From: Thermoanaerobaculia bacterium
Lineage (GTDB): Bacteria; Acidobacteriota; Thermoanaerobaculia; Multivoradales; Multivoraceae
Length of the DNA stretch: 64,000 nt
Direction: 5' to 3'
Assembly (NCBI GenBank): GCA_963664405.1
Contig: OY761158.1
Location: 3,200,001 to 3,264,000 of the forward strand
This document shows, piece after piece, positions 10,785-21,146 of this stretch. Under the pieces are notes generated by a model. It ran no database searches. It was not told the DNA's origin and worked only from the letters and a program-made list of their open reading frames with translations. The position numbers and the translations under genes are program-made. Each line of letters begins with the position of its first letter. The stretch's first letter is position 1.

Positions 10785-12173
10785 ATGGGCATTCCGACGA
10801 GGACGGAAATAGATAGCTTGGGAGAGATCGAGGTTCCCGCCGATCGACTCTGGGGTGCCCAGACCGAGCGTTCGCTTCGTAGCTTCAAGATCTCCGATGA
10901 GCGGGTTCCGGCGGCCCTGATCGTCGCCCTTGCTCTAGTGAAGAAGGTGGCGGCCCGGGTCAATCACGATCTCGGTCTTCTCGAGTCGGAAAAGGCCGAT
11001 GCGATCTGTGTCGCCGCCGACGAAGTGCTGGCCGGCGGTCTGGAGGATGAGTTCCCACTCCTCGTTTGGCAGACGGGAAGTGGCACCCAGACCCATATGA
11101 ACATGAATGAGGTGCTGGCGAATCGCGCCAGTGAGATCCTCGGCGGCGAACGGGGTCGCGACCGGCTCGTCCACCCCAACGATGACGTCAACAAGGGTCA
11201 ATCAACCAACGACATTTTCCCCACTGCCATGCATGTGGCTGCGGTGGACGCCGTTTCGAATCGGGTCCTGCCAGCCGTCGAGCGTCTCCGCGACACACTT
11301 GAAGAGAAGTCGCGCGACTTTGCTGACCTGGTCAAGATCGGCCGCACTCATCTCCAGGACGCCATCCCGCTCACTCTCGGTCAAGAGATCTCGGGCTATG
11401 CCGCCCAGCTTGGTGATGGCGCGAAACATGTGGTGAGCTCCCTCGATCATCTGCGAGAGCTCGCCGTGGGTGGCACCGCGGTCGGTACTGGCCTCAACAC
11501 CCACCCTGCCTTCGGAGAGCGCGTCGCGCGCGGCCTGACGGAGATCACCGGCTTCGCTTTCGTGACCTCGCCGAACAAGTTCGCGGCGCTAGGCGGCCGC
11601 GACGCGATCGTCCACACTCATGGCTCGCTCAAGGGTGTGGCGGTTTCTCTGATGAAGATCGCTAACGACATCCGTTGGCTCGCCTCCGGCCCCCGCAGTG
11701 GACTTGGCGAGATCACCATCCCGGCGAATGAGCCGGGAAGCTCCATCATGCCAGGCAAGGTCAACCCAACGCAGGCAGAGGCGGTGACGATGCTGTGTTG
11801 TCAGGTCTTCGGCAACGACGTAGCGATCACGGTCGGAGGGGCCTCCGGCAATCTCGAGCTCAACGTGTTCAAGCCTCTCTTGATCCACGGCTTCCTGCAG
11901 AGCTGTCGTCTTCTCAGCGACGGCTGCGACAGCTTCGAGAGCAAGTGCGTCAGGGGCATGGAGCCACGCCGGGAGCGTATTCGAGCCAACCTCGAGCGCT
12001 CTCTGATGCTGGTGACGGCACTCAATCCTCACATTGGCTACGACAACGCCGCGAAGATTGCGAAGAAGGCCTATGCCGACGACATCACCTTGCGGGAGGC
12101 GGCGATCGAGCTCGGGCTGGTCACCGCGGAACAATTCGACCAGTGGGTCCAGGCGGAGAAGATGGTCCGCTGA
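10785..12173 (+). CDS. fumC: Fumarate hydratase class II
   Basis: [16 protein letters not shown], signature [13 protein letters not shown]. Confidence 0.97.
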   Translation: MGIPTRTEIDSLGEIEVPADRLWGAQTERSLRSFKISDERVPAALIVALALVKKVAARVNHDLGLLESEKADAICVAADEVLAGGLEDEFPLLVWQTGSGTQTHMNMNEVLANRASEILGGERGRDRLVHPNDDVNKGQSTNDIFPTAMHVAAVDAVSNRVLPAVERLRDTLEEKSRDFADLVKIGRTHLQDAIPLTLGQEISGYAAQLGDGAKHVVSSLDHLRELAVGGTAVGTGLNTHPAFGERVARGLTEITGFAFVTSPNKFAALGGRDAIVHTHGSLKGVAVSLMKIANDIRWLASGPRSGLGEITIPANEPGSSIMPGKVNPTQAEAVTMLCCQVFGNDVAITVGGASGNLELNVFKPLLIHGFLQSCRLLSDGCDSFESKCVRGMEPRRERIRANLERSLMLVTALNPHIGYDNAAKIAKKAYADDITLREAAIELGLVTAEQFDQWVQAEKMVR

Positions 12174-12202
12174 CGCGTCGCCGGAGCGAAGCGACCCCGG
12201 CC

Positions 12203-12369
12203 CTAGTACATGCGGCCATAAGTACGGGTACGTTTCGAGCGACGAAGCGCCTCGCCAGCAAGGCGCGTGACTGAGGCGTACCTGGCAGTACGCCGCAGGG
12301 AGCGCAACGCTGCTGGAGAGGATGCAGCGTCGCTCCAAACGTGTCCGTATTTATGGCCGCGTGTACTAG
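12203..12369 (+). repeat. CTAG-bounded palindromic element, copy 1 (167 bp)
   Basis: 42-nt imperfect inverted arms ctagtacatgcggccataagtacgggtacgtttcgagcgacg / cgtcgctccaaacgtgtccgtatttatggccgcgtgtactag around an internal hairpin core. Confidence 0.85.
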
Positions 12370-14720
12370 TTGGCCAGGCCGGTTTGGGGAGGTGTGTCCA
12401 AGGGGAAGGGGGCAATGCTGTCCTTTCGCTGTTCCAGCTCGAAGTCCTCCCATCGTTTCGGCTTGCCTAGGAAGAACCCCTGGGCGAGGTCGCAGCCCTG
12501 CTCGCGCAGCCAAGTCAGTTGCTCGTAGGTCTCGACCCCCTCTGCCACGACTTTCAGCCCCATGCTGTTTGCGATCATGATGACGGCTCGGATGATCGCC
12601 GCATCTTCCACTCGCCGGTCGATGCCGGCAATGAGGTACCGGTCGAGTTTGAGCATGCTGAGCGGGAAGTGACGGAGATAGGCGAGGGCGGAGTACCCGG
12701 TTCCGAAGTCGTCGGCCGCGATGCGCACGCCGAGTTGCCGGAGCTTTACCAGGATGGGCCTCGCTCTCTCGGGCACGGCGAGAGCACGCTCTGTGATCTC
12801 GATGATGAGCTTGGAGGGATCGACGCCGCTGTGCAACAGAGCCCGTTGTACCTGATCCGGCAGCTCGGGGTCGAGAACGCTGGCGGGGGACAGGTTGATC
12901 GAGAGCGAGAAAGGCCCGGACGAGGCCTCTATGAGCACATGCTCCAGGACGTAGCGGTCCAAATCTCTGGCGAGGTCGCTCTCCTCGGCCATGGCTAGAA
13001 ATGCAGACGGGTGGGTGAGCCCACGGATTGGGTGCTCCCAGCGGATCAAAGCCTCCACCGCCACGGTTTCGCCGGTGGCCAGGTCGACGAATGGCTGATA
13101 TTTGAACATCAGCTCTTCGTTACGCAGCGCTTCGCGGAGCTCGCCCTCGAGACGTATCTGGCCCTGGGCGTGGTTGTCCTGATCGGCATCGTAGAAGCTG
13201 ATGCGTCTCGAACGGTGTTTGGCTTGGTACATCGCGACGTCGGCGCGTGCCAGCAGATCCTCGACGCTGTCACTCACCTGACGCGTCATCGCAATGCCGA
13301 GGCTGGCATCGAGGTCGAGGCTGACATCACGAACTTCGAAGGCCTGCTGCCGCAAGACTTCTAGAAGCCGGTCCGCGGCCTCACGCGCCGTTGTTCGGTT
13401 GCAGTCCTGGATCAACAGGGCGAACTCGTCGCCGCCGACACGGGCGAGGGTGTCCTCTTTTCGCACGCCCCCGGCGAGGCGGGTTGCCACGAGCTGCAGT
13501 ACCAGATCACCAGCTGCGTGTCCGTGAGCGTCGTTCACGGTCTTGAAACCGTCGAGGTCGAGGAAGATCACGGCGACGCGCCAATGTCTCCGACGGGCGA
13601 GCGCCAAGGCTCTTTCGGCGTCGTCGTGGAGGGCCCGACGGTTGGGGAGACCGGTCAGGAAGTCTCGATAGGCCATCTCCTCGACCCGACGTTGGTAGGC
13701 GTTGCGTTCGGTTACGTCTCGCCCGATGACGACACCGCCGCATGTCTTTCCTCGGCTGTCTCGAAGGTTCAGGCCCTGGAACTCGAGGTCTCGGTTCTCG
13801 CCGTTTCGCTCGACAGTGAAGAGGCTCAGGTCCTCATTGCCGTGTTGGACCGACTCGAAGGTCCTATGCCAAGGGAAGTAGACCTCCGCGGCCGGTCTAC
13901 CGAGAACCTCGCTTTCCGTCTTTTCGATGCCGGCGAGGGCTGTGCGATTGATCATTGTGACCTGTCCGTCGGCATCGAGGACCACGACACTGTCCGCCAT
14001 GGCCTGAAAGACGGCTTCGTAGGCAACCGGAGTGAAGTCCAGCAGGCGATGGGAGAAAAGACCCCATGCGATCAGGACGTTGGCGATGCCCAAGCCGAGG
14101 GGCATGGCATCAACCCCGTAGATGGGGCCTCCGGCCAAGATCTGGACGATACTCACGCTCAGCGGGATAATCGCGGCCGCGATGAGCGCCCTACCTTGTC
14201 GTCTCTGCAGAGACTCGGTACGAAAGCAGTGACGAAGGAGAAGCACAAAGCCGGTGAGAGTCAGAATCCAACTGTAGGGCAGGACGACGTTGCTGGACCA
14301 GAAGCTGCGCGCAGCGGCATGGTCGACGAGGTCAGCAACCTCCAGATCCCACAGTAGTCCGTGTAGCCGATTCGTTGCCGCCATGCCTAGTGAGACGGCC
14401 GGAACGATCGAGAGCGCGACGGCCCAGCGCCTGAGGCGAGCCTTGCCGGTGAAAGCGAGGGCGAAGAGCAGCCAAAGAGGCGGAAGCGGAAGAGCTACGA
14501 GAAGGCTGGCTTGAGACCAGAGCACCTTGGCCGCGTAGCCCGACGTGAGGGCATCGAACGAGGCGACAGTGAGCCAGAGACAGAGACCGAACTGCAGCGG
14601 TTGGAAGTAGGCGGCGCCGGGGGTTTCGATATGCAGCCGCGCGTATACGGCTAACGCGAGCGCAGCTGTCGCTGCGAGAAGCAGAGGAAAGACTATTAGT
14701 TCCATCGGCTCAGTACCCAT
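12366..14720 (-). CDS. Diguanylate cyclase/phosphodiesterase (7TM sensor-PAS-GGDEF-EAL)
   Basis: Hydrophobic N-terminal region, PAS, DFLTGLPNR, RVGGDEF, VEALIRW, DDFGTGYS, AEGVE. Confidence 0.92.
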   Translation of the reverse strand: MGTEPMELIVFPLLLAATAALALAVYARLHIETPGAAYFQPLQFGLCLWLTVASFDALTSGYAAKVLWSQASLLVALPLPPLWLLFALAFTGKARLRRWAVALSIVPAVSLGMAATNRLHGLLWDLEVADLVDHAAARSFWSSNVVLPYSWILTLTGFVLLLRHCFRTESLQRRQGRALIAAAIIPLSVSIVQILAGGPIYGVDAMPLGLGIANVLIAWGLFSHRLLDFTPVAYEAVFQAMADSVVVLDADGQVTMINRTALAGIEKTESEVLGRPAAEVYFPWHRTFESVQHGNEDLSLFTVERNGENRDLEFQGLNLRDSRGKTCGGVVIGRDVTERNAYQRRVEEMAYRDFLTGLPNRRALHDDAERALALARRRHWRVAVIFLDLDGFKTVNDAHGHAAGDLVLQLVATRLAGGVRKEDTLARVGGDEFALLIQDCNRTTAREAADRLLEVLRQQAFEVRDVSLDLDASLGIAMTRQVSDSVEDLLARADVAMYQAKHRSRRISFYDADQDNHAQGQIRLEGELREALRNEELMFKYQPFVDLATGETVAVEALIRWEHPIRGLTHPSAFLAMAEESDLARDLDRYVLEHVLIEASSGPFSLSINLSPASVLDPELPDQVQRALLHSGVDPSKLIIEITERALAVPERARPILVKLRQLGVRIAADDFGTGYSALAYLRHFPLSMLKLDRYLIAGIDRRVEDAAIIRAVIMIANSMGLKVVAEGVETYEQLTWLREQGCDLAQGFFLGKPKRWEDFELEQRKDSIAPFPLDTPPQTGLAN

Positions 14721-14876
14721 CCCCGAGCGAGCCGCGCAGTCAAAACCAACTGAACGTTGAGCTTAACCCAAACCTGGCGCTTGCGGAAGGCAGGGGCTCA
14801 TCGTCGCCGGTCTCAGTCTTGCCGTGGCTCGGGAGACCGGCTAGGGTCGAGGGCCTCAGAGGAGGGAGCGTCGGCG

Positions 14877-15971
14877 ATGGCCATCAGCTACAGCGAGTCC
14901 GCATGGAAGATTCGCAGCGACCTTGCGGAGTGCCACGAGAGCTACTGGGCTCGCCTTGCGTCTCCGGGCTCATGGTGGACGGGTGCACAACGCGTTGCGC
15001 TCGCCGCAGAGGTGAGAGCGGCGGGCGAGTGCAGCCTCTGCGGGAGACGCAAACAGGCCCTTTCACCGTATGGCATCGAGGGCGAGCACGATCGAGCTTC
15101 GAAAGAGCTTCCGGCGCTCGCGGTCGACGTTGCCCATCGCATCACCACCGACGCGAGTCGCTTGACTCGAGAGTGGTTTGACAGGGTTCTCGAGCAGGGT
15201 CTCAGCGCCGAGCGCTATGTCGAGATCGTGGGCACGGTCGTAGCGGTGGTCAGTATCGACAGCTTCTGCAGGGCGATAGGAGTCCCCCTCCATGCCCTGC
15301 CCGAGCCCCGTGGTGGCGAGCCGAACCGATATCGCCCTGCGAGCGCGAGCCAGGAAGAGGCGTGGGTACCGGTAGTCCCGGCGGACAACACCGGCACGCC
15401 GGAGGCCGACCTCTGGCCCGCCAAGCGAACCGGATGGGTCGTTCGTGCGATGAGTCTCGTGCCTGACGAGGTTCGTACGCTTGCCGATCTCAGCGCGGCG
15501 CACTATCTTCCTCACAGCGCTGTCATCGATCCTCGAGCCTCCCGAGGAGCTCTGAGTCGTGCCCAGATCGAGCTCATCGCCGGCCGGGTATCGGCCCTCA
15601 ACGAGTGCTTCTACTGAACGAGCGCTCATGCAGCTCTGCTCCGTGCGAGCAGCCAGGACACCGAAGATGCAGTCGATCTACTTTCCGTCACCGAGCAGGG
15701 GCGGTCGAGTGGCGTCTCTCATGGTGACGCCTTGGTGACTTTTGCCGAGGAAGTCGTGCTAGGGAGTGACGAGGCCCTTGCGAGCTCACGTCGGCGGCTG
15801 GTGGAAGAGATGAGTGCCGAGGCGATGGTGGATGCGGCGGCGGTGGCGTCGAACTTTCAGCGCATGGTGCGGATCGCCGACTCCACCGGCATTCCTCTCG
15901 GCGGAGGGCTGGATACCTTCTCCAAAGAGGTGCAGAAAGAGCTCGGGCTCGAGCGCTTTCAGAGCCACTGA
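14877..15971 (+). CDS. AhpD/CMD-like peroxidase-related protein, probable selenoprotein (Sec at TGA 15615-15617)
   Basis: ELIAGRVSALNECFY-TGA-TSAH continues in frame without stops into the 15732..15971 ORF; CxxU matches the AhpD CxxC..H motif. Confidence 0.8.
15618..15655 (+). promoter_or_regulatory. Putative bacterial SECIS hairpin
   Basis: Stem ctgctc(15636-41)/gagcag(15647-52) with loop cgtgc, loop starting 24 nt after the UGA. Confidence 0.45.
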
Positions 15972-15999
15972 GGCCGCTCTCAGCGGGCGTCGTCCTCGC

Positions 16000-16209
16000 T
16001 CAGGCCGGCTGCCGATAGGGCCTTGCGGGGTTCTCGAGGTCGGCGATGGAGGGAGCGGTGAGCACCGAGCCGCCACCGATATCGTGGAGGTGGCGCACCA
16101 CCATGTTGTAGTTGGCGGCGCCGTGATACTTGCCGGCGTTGATGTAGAGCTCGTCAGGGAAGGGAGGTGGGGTGGGCGGCTGCGATCGCCCTTGGCGTCG
16201 GTGATGCAC
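16000..16209 (-). pseudogene. Internal fragment of an HpaB/4-hydroxybutyryl-CoA dehydratase-family gene
   Basis: FPDELYINAGKYHGAANYNMVVRHLHDIGGGSVLTAPSIADLENP resembles the family C-terminal DIAGG..T.PS.AD segment; no N-terminal part present. Confidence 0.45.
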
Positions 16210-16312
16210 TGGGCGCGCCTTGATCTCGACCCCGAATGACTCACTCAGCCACTAAACGTTCGAGTGTTACGGTCCACTAGGACTAGTACTAGTGCTAGTC
16301 GACATTGAATTC

Positions 16313-17665
16313 CTAACGCATCACAGCCATGGGTGCCTCGATCTCGTCGAGATAGGCGGCCAATTGTGCCTGCAAGCGCATGGCGACTTCGGGATTCTCT
16401 TTGCTGAGGTCCGTGGTTTCACCGATGTCGCTCGACAGATCGAAGAGCTTGGCCTCCTGGGACTCGTAGAGGACGACGAGCTTCCAGTCTCCCGACCGAA
16501 TCGCCGATGAAGGTTTACTCCCTTTGTCGACCTGGTAGTGCGGGAAGTGCCAGGACAACTCTTCATGCCAACGCTGCACCTGGCCGCGGCCGCCGTTCGC
16601 CAGTAGACCGCTCAGGCTTCCTCCTTCGATCCGTGCGGGCAACTCCGCCTGGATCCCAAGCAACTCGGCAATCGTCGGAAAGAAGTCCATTCCCGTGACC
16701 GGGACACGGCTGACCGATCCTGGCTCGATTCCGGGACCTCGCACCAGTAGAGGCACGCGTATGCCGCCTTCCCACAGCGAAGCCTTCTGGCCGCGGAGCG
16801 GCGCGTTGCTCATGACCGGAGTGGGCCCGGCGTCGTGATAGGAGCCGTTGTCGGAGGTGGAGATGACGGTTGTCGTGTCCGTCAGCCCGAGGTCGTCGAG
16901 CGCTTTGAGTAGTCGGCCGATGCCGTCGTCGGTCTCGTGAGTCATCGCCGCGTGGGCGGCATGGTTGTGGCGCGTCCCTTTCGGCTTCCCCTCGAACTCT
17001 TCGATCGTTTCTTCGAAGGCGAAAATACCCAAATGCACCGCGTAGTAGGAAACCTGCAAGAAGAAGGGCTCGTTCGCCCTCTTGCGGTGGGATAGGAAGT
17101 CGATCGCTCGGGTGGTGATGCTGACGGTACGTTTCGGGTCCGGGTCAGGCGAGTTGCCCTCGATGTTTCCGGTCGTGCCACCGTGCTCGTCGTAGCCGTG
17201 CTTTCCAGGGCCGCCGCCGCCGAGGTGCCACTTACCGAAGTGCCCGGTCACGGTGCCGGGCCGATGCTCCTTGATCAGTTCCGCGATCGTCACTTCGGCA
17301 TGCGGAATGTGGTCGATGTGCTGCGGCGGGATCATCGGCAGACCTTCGTAATAGCGCCCGCTGCCGCGATTGATGATGTCGGTCATGTTCAGATGCGCCG
17401 GCGACTTGCTGGTCTGGATCGCCAATCGTGTCGGCGAGCAGTTCGGGTGCGGTGCATAGGCATCGGTGAAACGCATGCCCTGGCTGGCGAGCCGCTCCAA
17501 ATTGGGGGTTTCGTAATAATCCGACCGCGAGTCACCCATCTCTGGATTCAGTTGAACCGAGGTGCCGACCCAGCTCATGTCGTCGGCGAGAATGAGCACC
17601 ACATTCGGCGCGGCGAGTGCTCGAAGCGAGAAAAGGAGGAGAAGCGGAAGGATTCGGAATGACAT
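16313..17665 (-). CDS. Arylsulfatase-family sulfatase (Cys type)
   Basis: Signal peptide; ILADD, CSPTR, GKWHLG, TSDNG, EGGIRVP. Confidence 0.92.
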   Translation of the reverse strand: MSFRILPLLLLFSLRALAAPNVVLILADDMSWVGTSVQLNPEMGDSRSDYYETPNLERLASQGMRFTDAYAPHPNCSPTRLAIQTSKSPAHLNMTDIINRGSGRYYEGLPMIPPQHIDHIPHAEVTIAELIKEHRPGTVTGHFGKWHLGGGGPGKHGYDEHGGTTGNIEGNSPDPDPKRTVSITTRAIDFLSHRKRANEPFFLQVSYYAVHLGIFAFEETIEEFEGKPKGTRHNHAAHAAMTHETDDGIGRLLKALDDLGLTDTTTVISTSDNGSYHDAGPTPVMSNAPLRGQKASLWEGGIRVPLLVRGPGIEPGSVSRVPVTGMDFFPTIAELLGIQAELPARIEGGSLSGLLANGGRGQVQRWHEELSWHFPHYQVDKGSKPSSAIRSGDWKLVVLYESQEAKLFDLSSDIGETTDLSKENPEVAMRLQAQLAAYLDEIEAPMAVMR

Positions 17666-17826
17666 GTTCGAGATTGTCTCGTGGTCGGCCGCTAGACGGC
17701 AACAGCTTGCGCTGGAGGCTCAGGGTCTCGGTGCAACCGTCTCACCCACTGGTGGCAGCACTCTTTTTGAACCCAATCTTCATCGACCTGTTCGTCTCTG
17801 GTTCACTGAGCCTATAAGCTCGACTC

Positions 17827-18726
17827 ATGACTGACACGGACGAGCGCGTCGCCTACCACAATGGAGCCATCGTTCCCGAGAGCAAGGTGCTGGTTCCCTT
17901 TCGCGATAGCGGCTTCCTTTATGGCTATGCCGCTTTCGATACCGAGCGTACCTTCCGCCACCGTCTGTTCAAGCTCGAGGAGCATCTGGAGCGCTTTTAT
18001 CGCTCGTTGAGCTACCTGCGGCTCGAGTCGGGGATGAGTCCGGATGAGATGGCGAGTCTTACCGAGGAGGTGGTGGAGCGCAACCTAGCTCTCCTCGACG
18101 AGGGTGACGACTACTGGGTCACCCAGCGCGTTTCCGCGGGACTACGCGGGGCGGAGCGGCCGACGGTCATCATTGAGTGTGTCCCGCTCCCCTTCGCCGA
18201 GCGCGCGCCGCTGTTTCGAGACGGAGCGCAGGTGGTCGTCCCCTCGGTGCGGCGGACGGCGCCGGAGGCGCAGAGTCCGAGGGCCAAGACCCACAACTAC
18301 CTCAATCTGATTCTCGCCGAGCTCGAGGTCAAAGCCGCGAGCCCCGACGCTTGGGCGATCCTGCTCGATGCGAACGGCAATCTCTGCGAGGGTCTGGGGT
18401 CCAACCTGTTCCTCGTTTCGGGCGACACGCTGCTGACGCCGCAAGAGCGCTACGTGCTCCCCGGCGTGAGCCGCGATACGGTGATCGAGCTAGCGCGAGA
18501 CAAGGGGCTGACCGTGGAAGAGAAGGACATCGACCTCTTCGACGCCTACGCGGCCGATGAGGCATTTCTCACCTCGACCAGTCTTTGCATCTGCCCAGTG
18601 CAGAGTGTGAATGGCAGGTCGCTTCGAAGCGGAGCTGTGCCGGGCCCAGTGACCCGTCTGCTATCGGAGGCCTACGCCGAGCTTCTCGACTTCGATTTCG
18701 TCTCGCAGTATCTCGCACACCTCTGA
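17827..18726 (+). CDS. Aminotransferase class IV (IlvE/Dat-like)
   Basis: DSGFLYG, AKTHNYL, EGLGSNLF, LPGVSR, ADEAFLTST. Confidence 0.88.
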   Translation: MTDTDERVAYHNGAIVPESKVLVPFRDSGFLYGYAAFDTERTFRHRLFKLEEHLERFYRSLSYLRLESGMSPDEMASLTEEVVERNLALLDEGDDYWVTQRVSAGLRGAERPTVIIECVPLPFAERAPLFRDGAQVVVPSVRRTAPEAQSPRAKTHNYLNLILAELEVKAASPDAWAILLDANGNLCEGLGSNLFLVSGDTLLTPQERYVLPGVSRDTVIELARDKGLTVEEKDIDLFDAYAADEAFLTSTSLCICPVQSVNGRSLRSGAVPGPVTRLLSEAYAELLDFDFVSQYLAHL

Positions 18727-18769
18727 GAAGCCCTTGGGCCTGCGGGGCCCATCCGAATCTGCGCTTCCG

Positions 18770-19114
18770 TCAGAGCTCCTGCAGCGAAGTGACGACGCGC
18801 ACGTACTCCTGCGCTAGAGAGTCGAGATCCTCCTGACCGGGCTCATCGCCTCGAGCACAACGCTCCTCGATTCTCTGGCACAAGCTCGAGAGACGGAGCG
18901 CCCCAATGGCCGAGGAGCTACCTTTCAGCCGGTGAGCGAGGTCGCCGAGCTGTGCCGGGCCCTCGGCCGCCCACGCCGCTCGCATCTTCTCGAGGAGATC
19001 ACTTTCGATGAACAGTTGTGCAAGCTCGTGGAGAAGGTCGCTGCCGGTGCTCTCAGCGAGAGATTCGAGAGTCGCCAAAGTCTCGGCGTCCAACGGATCA
19101 AGGTGTCGCTCCAT
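18770..19114 (-). CDS. Hpt domain protein
   Basis: AHRLKGSSSAIGA phosphotransfer motif. Confidence 0.85.
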   Translation of the reverse strand: MERHLDPLDAETLATLESLAESTGSDLLHELAQLFIESDLLEKMRAAWAAEGPAQLGDLAHRLKGSSSAIGALRLSSLCQRIEERCARGDEPGQEDLDSLAQEYVRVVTSLQEL

Positions 19115-19156
19115 GCAGCCTCTCGATTTGGGTGGCCTCTAGCCTGAGATTAGGGC

Positions 19157-19888
19157 TCAGGCGTTGCTGCTCTGCCTGAATGCGTAGCCGATGCCGTGCT
19201 CGGTATGGAGATAGACGGGTCTCGAAGGCTCACTCTCGGTCTTCTTGCGGAGCCGGTGGATGTTGACGCGCAGCGTATCCTCCAGGACATCGCCGTCCGG
19301 CCAGACACGTCGAAGAAGGTGGCCTGTCGTGACGATTCGCCCTCGGTTGGCGACCAGAATCTCGAGGATCTTGGCCTCGGTCGGTGTCAGGTGAACCGAC
19401 TCTCCGTCGACGATCGCTGCTGGTGATGAGAAGTCGACGGCGAGGCGCTCGTCGATCTTTGTCACCCTCGGAAAGGTGTAGGAGAAATCGCTCCTGCGAC
19501 TGATCACTCGCCCTACTCGCGCCGCTAGTTCCGGAGGATCGAAGGGTTTGGTCACGTAGTCGTCGGCGAATTCCTGAATAGTCTTGACGACGGTGCGTCG
19601 GTCATCGACCGAAGTGAGCATGATCAGGGGGACATCCGAGGAGCGACGTAGCTCGCGGCATAGCTCGAGGCCGGATACCCCGGGCATTCTGATGTCGACG
19701 ATGGCGAGGTGGGGAAGTCCGTTCTTTTCGATGAAGCTCTTCGCCTCCTTGGCGGAGGCTGCTCCAACGACGTCGTAGCCGGCCTCCTCGAGCGTGGAGG
19801 CGACGATACGAAGGACGATCGGATCGTCATCGACGACCAAGATCTTGCAGATAGCGTCGGGCTTGTCCGACTGTAGACTGCGAGTCAC
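19157..19888 (-). CDS. OmpR-family response regulator
   Basis: VVDDD, DIRMPG, KPF, LTPTE, LRVNIHRLRKK, GIGY. Confidence 0.9.
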   Translation of the reverse strand: MTRSLQSDKPDAICKILVVDDDPIVLRIVASTLEEAGYDVVGAASAKEAKSFIEKNGLPHLAIVDIRMPGVSGLELCRELRRSSDVPLIMLTSVDDRRTVVKTIQEFADDYVTKPFDPPELAARVGRVISRRSDFSYTFPRVTKIDERLAVDFSSPAAIVDGESVHLTPTEAKILEILVANRGRIVTTGHLLRRVWPDGDVLEDTLRVNIHRLRKKTESEPSRPVYLHTEHGIGYAFRQSSNA

Positions 19889-20153
19889 TTGCTATTTGCG
19901 GATTCGTTTGTGACGAGAAAATGATTCCGTACACCCTCTTGCGCTCCGTCGAAGATGTCCCTTCACCGTCAGCGGCCCACAAGATGCGGATCGAAGCATG
20001 CAGAGCCCTAGATTTCGCAGCGTTGACTCTCGTCAAGAGGCTATGAATACCGCGTATCCCGAAACGATTGTAGCAGGTGCTTTCTTTCTCTGAAAGCGCC
20101 TCCGTCACACCCGAGCGGTATGATCAAGATGTCGGTGAACCCGGCGGACGCCC

Positions 20154-21146
20154 TTGACTGGTAGAGCCCAATCCCCATCGAGCCCTAGCGCGGCGCCGGA
20201 GTTGGTACCGGGTGCCGAGTTGCTCACTGGGGGCTTTCGGCGCATCGTTGTGCTGCTGTTGAGCCTCGTTACAGCACCGACGGTGCTTCTGCTGGCGATC
20301 GGCATCCTGATGCTGGTCTTCTATGACGCCCAGCTCAACCTCGTATTCGGAATCATGGTCGTCACCATGGTCCTGTGTCTGGCGACCGGAACTGTGATCG
20401 CTCTCGTCTTTCTCAGGCGTGAGGCGCAGATGTCTCAGCTCCAGTCGGACTTCGTGTCGAAGGTAAGTCACGAGCTGCGCACACCCCTCACCTCGATCCG
20501 TCTCTTCGCCGAGACCTTACAGCGCGACGATGTTCCTTCGGCGGAGCTCGCGGCCTGCGTGAATGCTCTGGCGAGCGAGACAGGGAGGCTCAGCGAACGT
20601 ATCGAGCGCTTGCTGGATTGGGGCCGGATGGAAGCTGGAAAGAGGGAGTACCGTCTCGTTCTCTCGGAGGTCCCGGCCATCACCACCGCAGCCCTTGCTG
20701 CTTTCGATTCGGTGATGATGGGGCGCTCAGCCATTGTCGAGGTCGAGATCGCCGAGGACCTTCCGCTCATCCAGGCCGACAGAGACGCTGTGGTCGATGC
20801 GCTGCTCAACCTTCTGACCAATGCCGAGAAGTACTCGGGGGCGAAGAAACAGATCTTTCTCGAGGCCAGAGCGGACCCCAAGTGGGTTTCCATTACGGTC
20901 GGTGACAAAGGCCTAGGCATCCCTCATTCGGAGCACAAGAGAATCTTCCAGAAGTTCTATCGAGTCGACGAGCGTCTCTCCCGAGCGGTAGAAGGATCGG
21001 GGCTCGGCCTCGCGATCGTCAAGCACATCGCCGACGCGCACGGCGGCAAGGTGGAGCTCGATAGCCATCCTGGTCATGGCAGCCGATTCACGCTTCTCTT
21101 CCCGGTGCCGAAAGCAAGTCCCGGCACGACCGCATCTGTGCCATGA
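20154..21146 (+). CDS. Membrane sensor histidine kinase
   Basis: Two TM helices; SHELRTPL, NLLTNAEKY, DKGLG, GSGLGL. Confidence 0.92.
   Translation: MTGRAQSPSSPSAAPELVPGAELLTGGFRRIVVLLLSLVTAPTVLLLAIGILMLVFYDAQLNLVFGIMVVTMVLCLATGTVIALVFLRREAQMSQLQSDFVSKVSHELRTPLTSIRLFAETLQRDDVPSAELAACVNALASETGRLSERIERLLDWGRMEAGKREYRLVLSEVPAITTAALAAFDSVMMGRSAIVEVEIAEDLPLIQADRDAVVDALLNLLTNAEKYSGAKKQIFLEARADPKWVSITVGDKGLGIPHSEHKRIFQKFYRVDERLSRAVEGSGLGLAIVKHIADAHGGKVELDSHPGHGSRFTLLFPVPKASPGTTASVP

Noticed and set aside
15732-15971. Independent 79-aa gene
   Set aside because: Better explained as the C-terminal part of the UGA-readthrough AhpD-like protein
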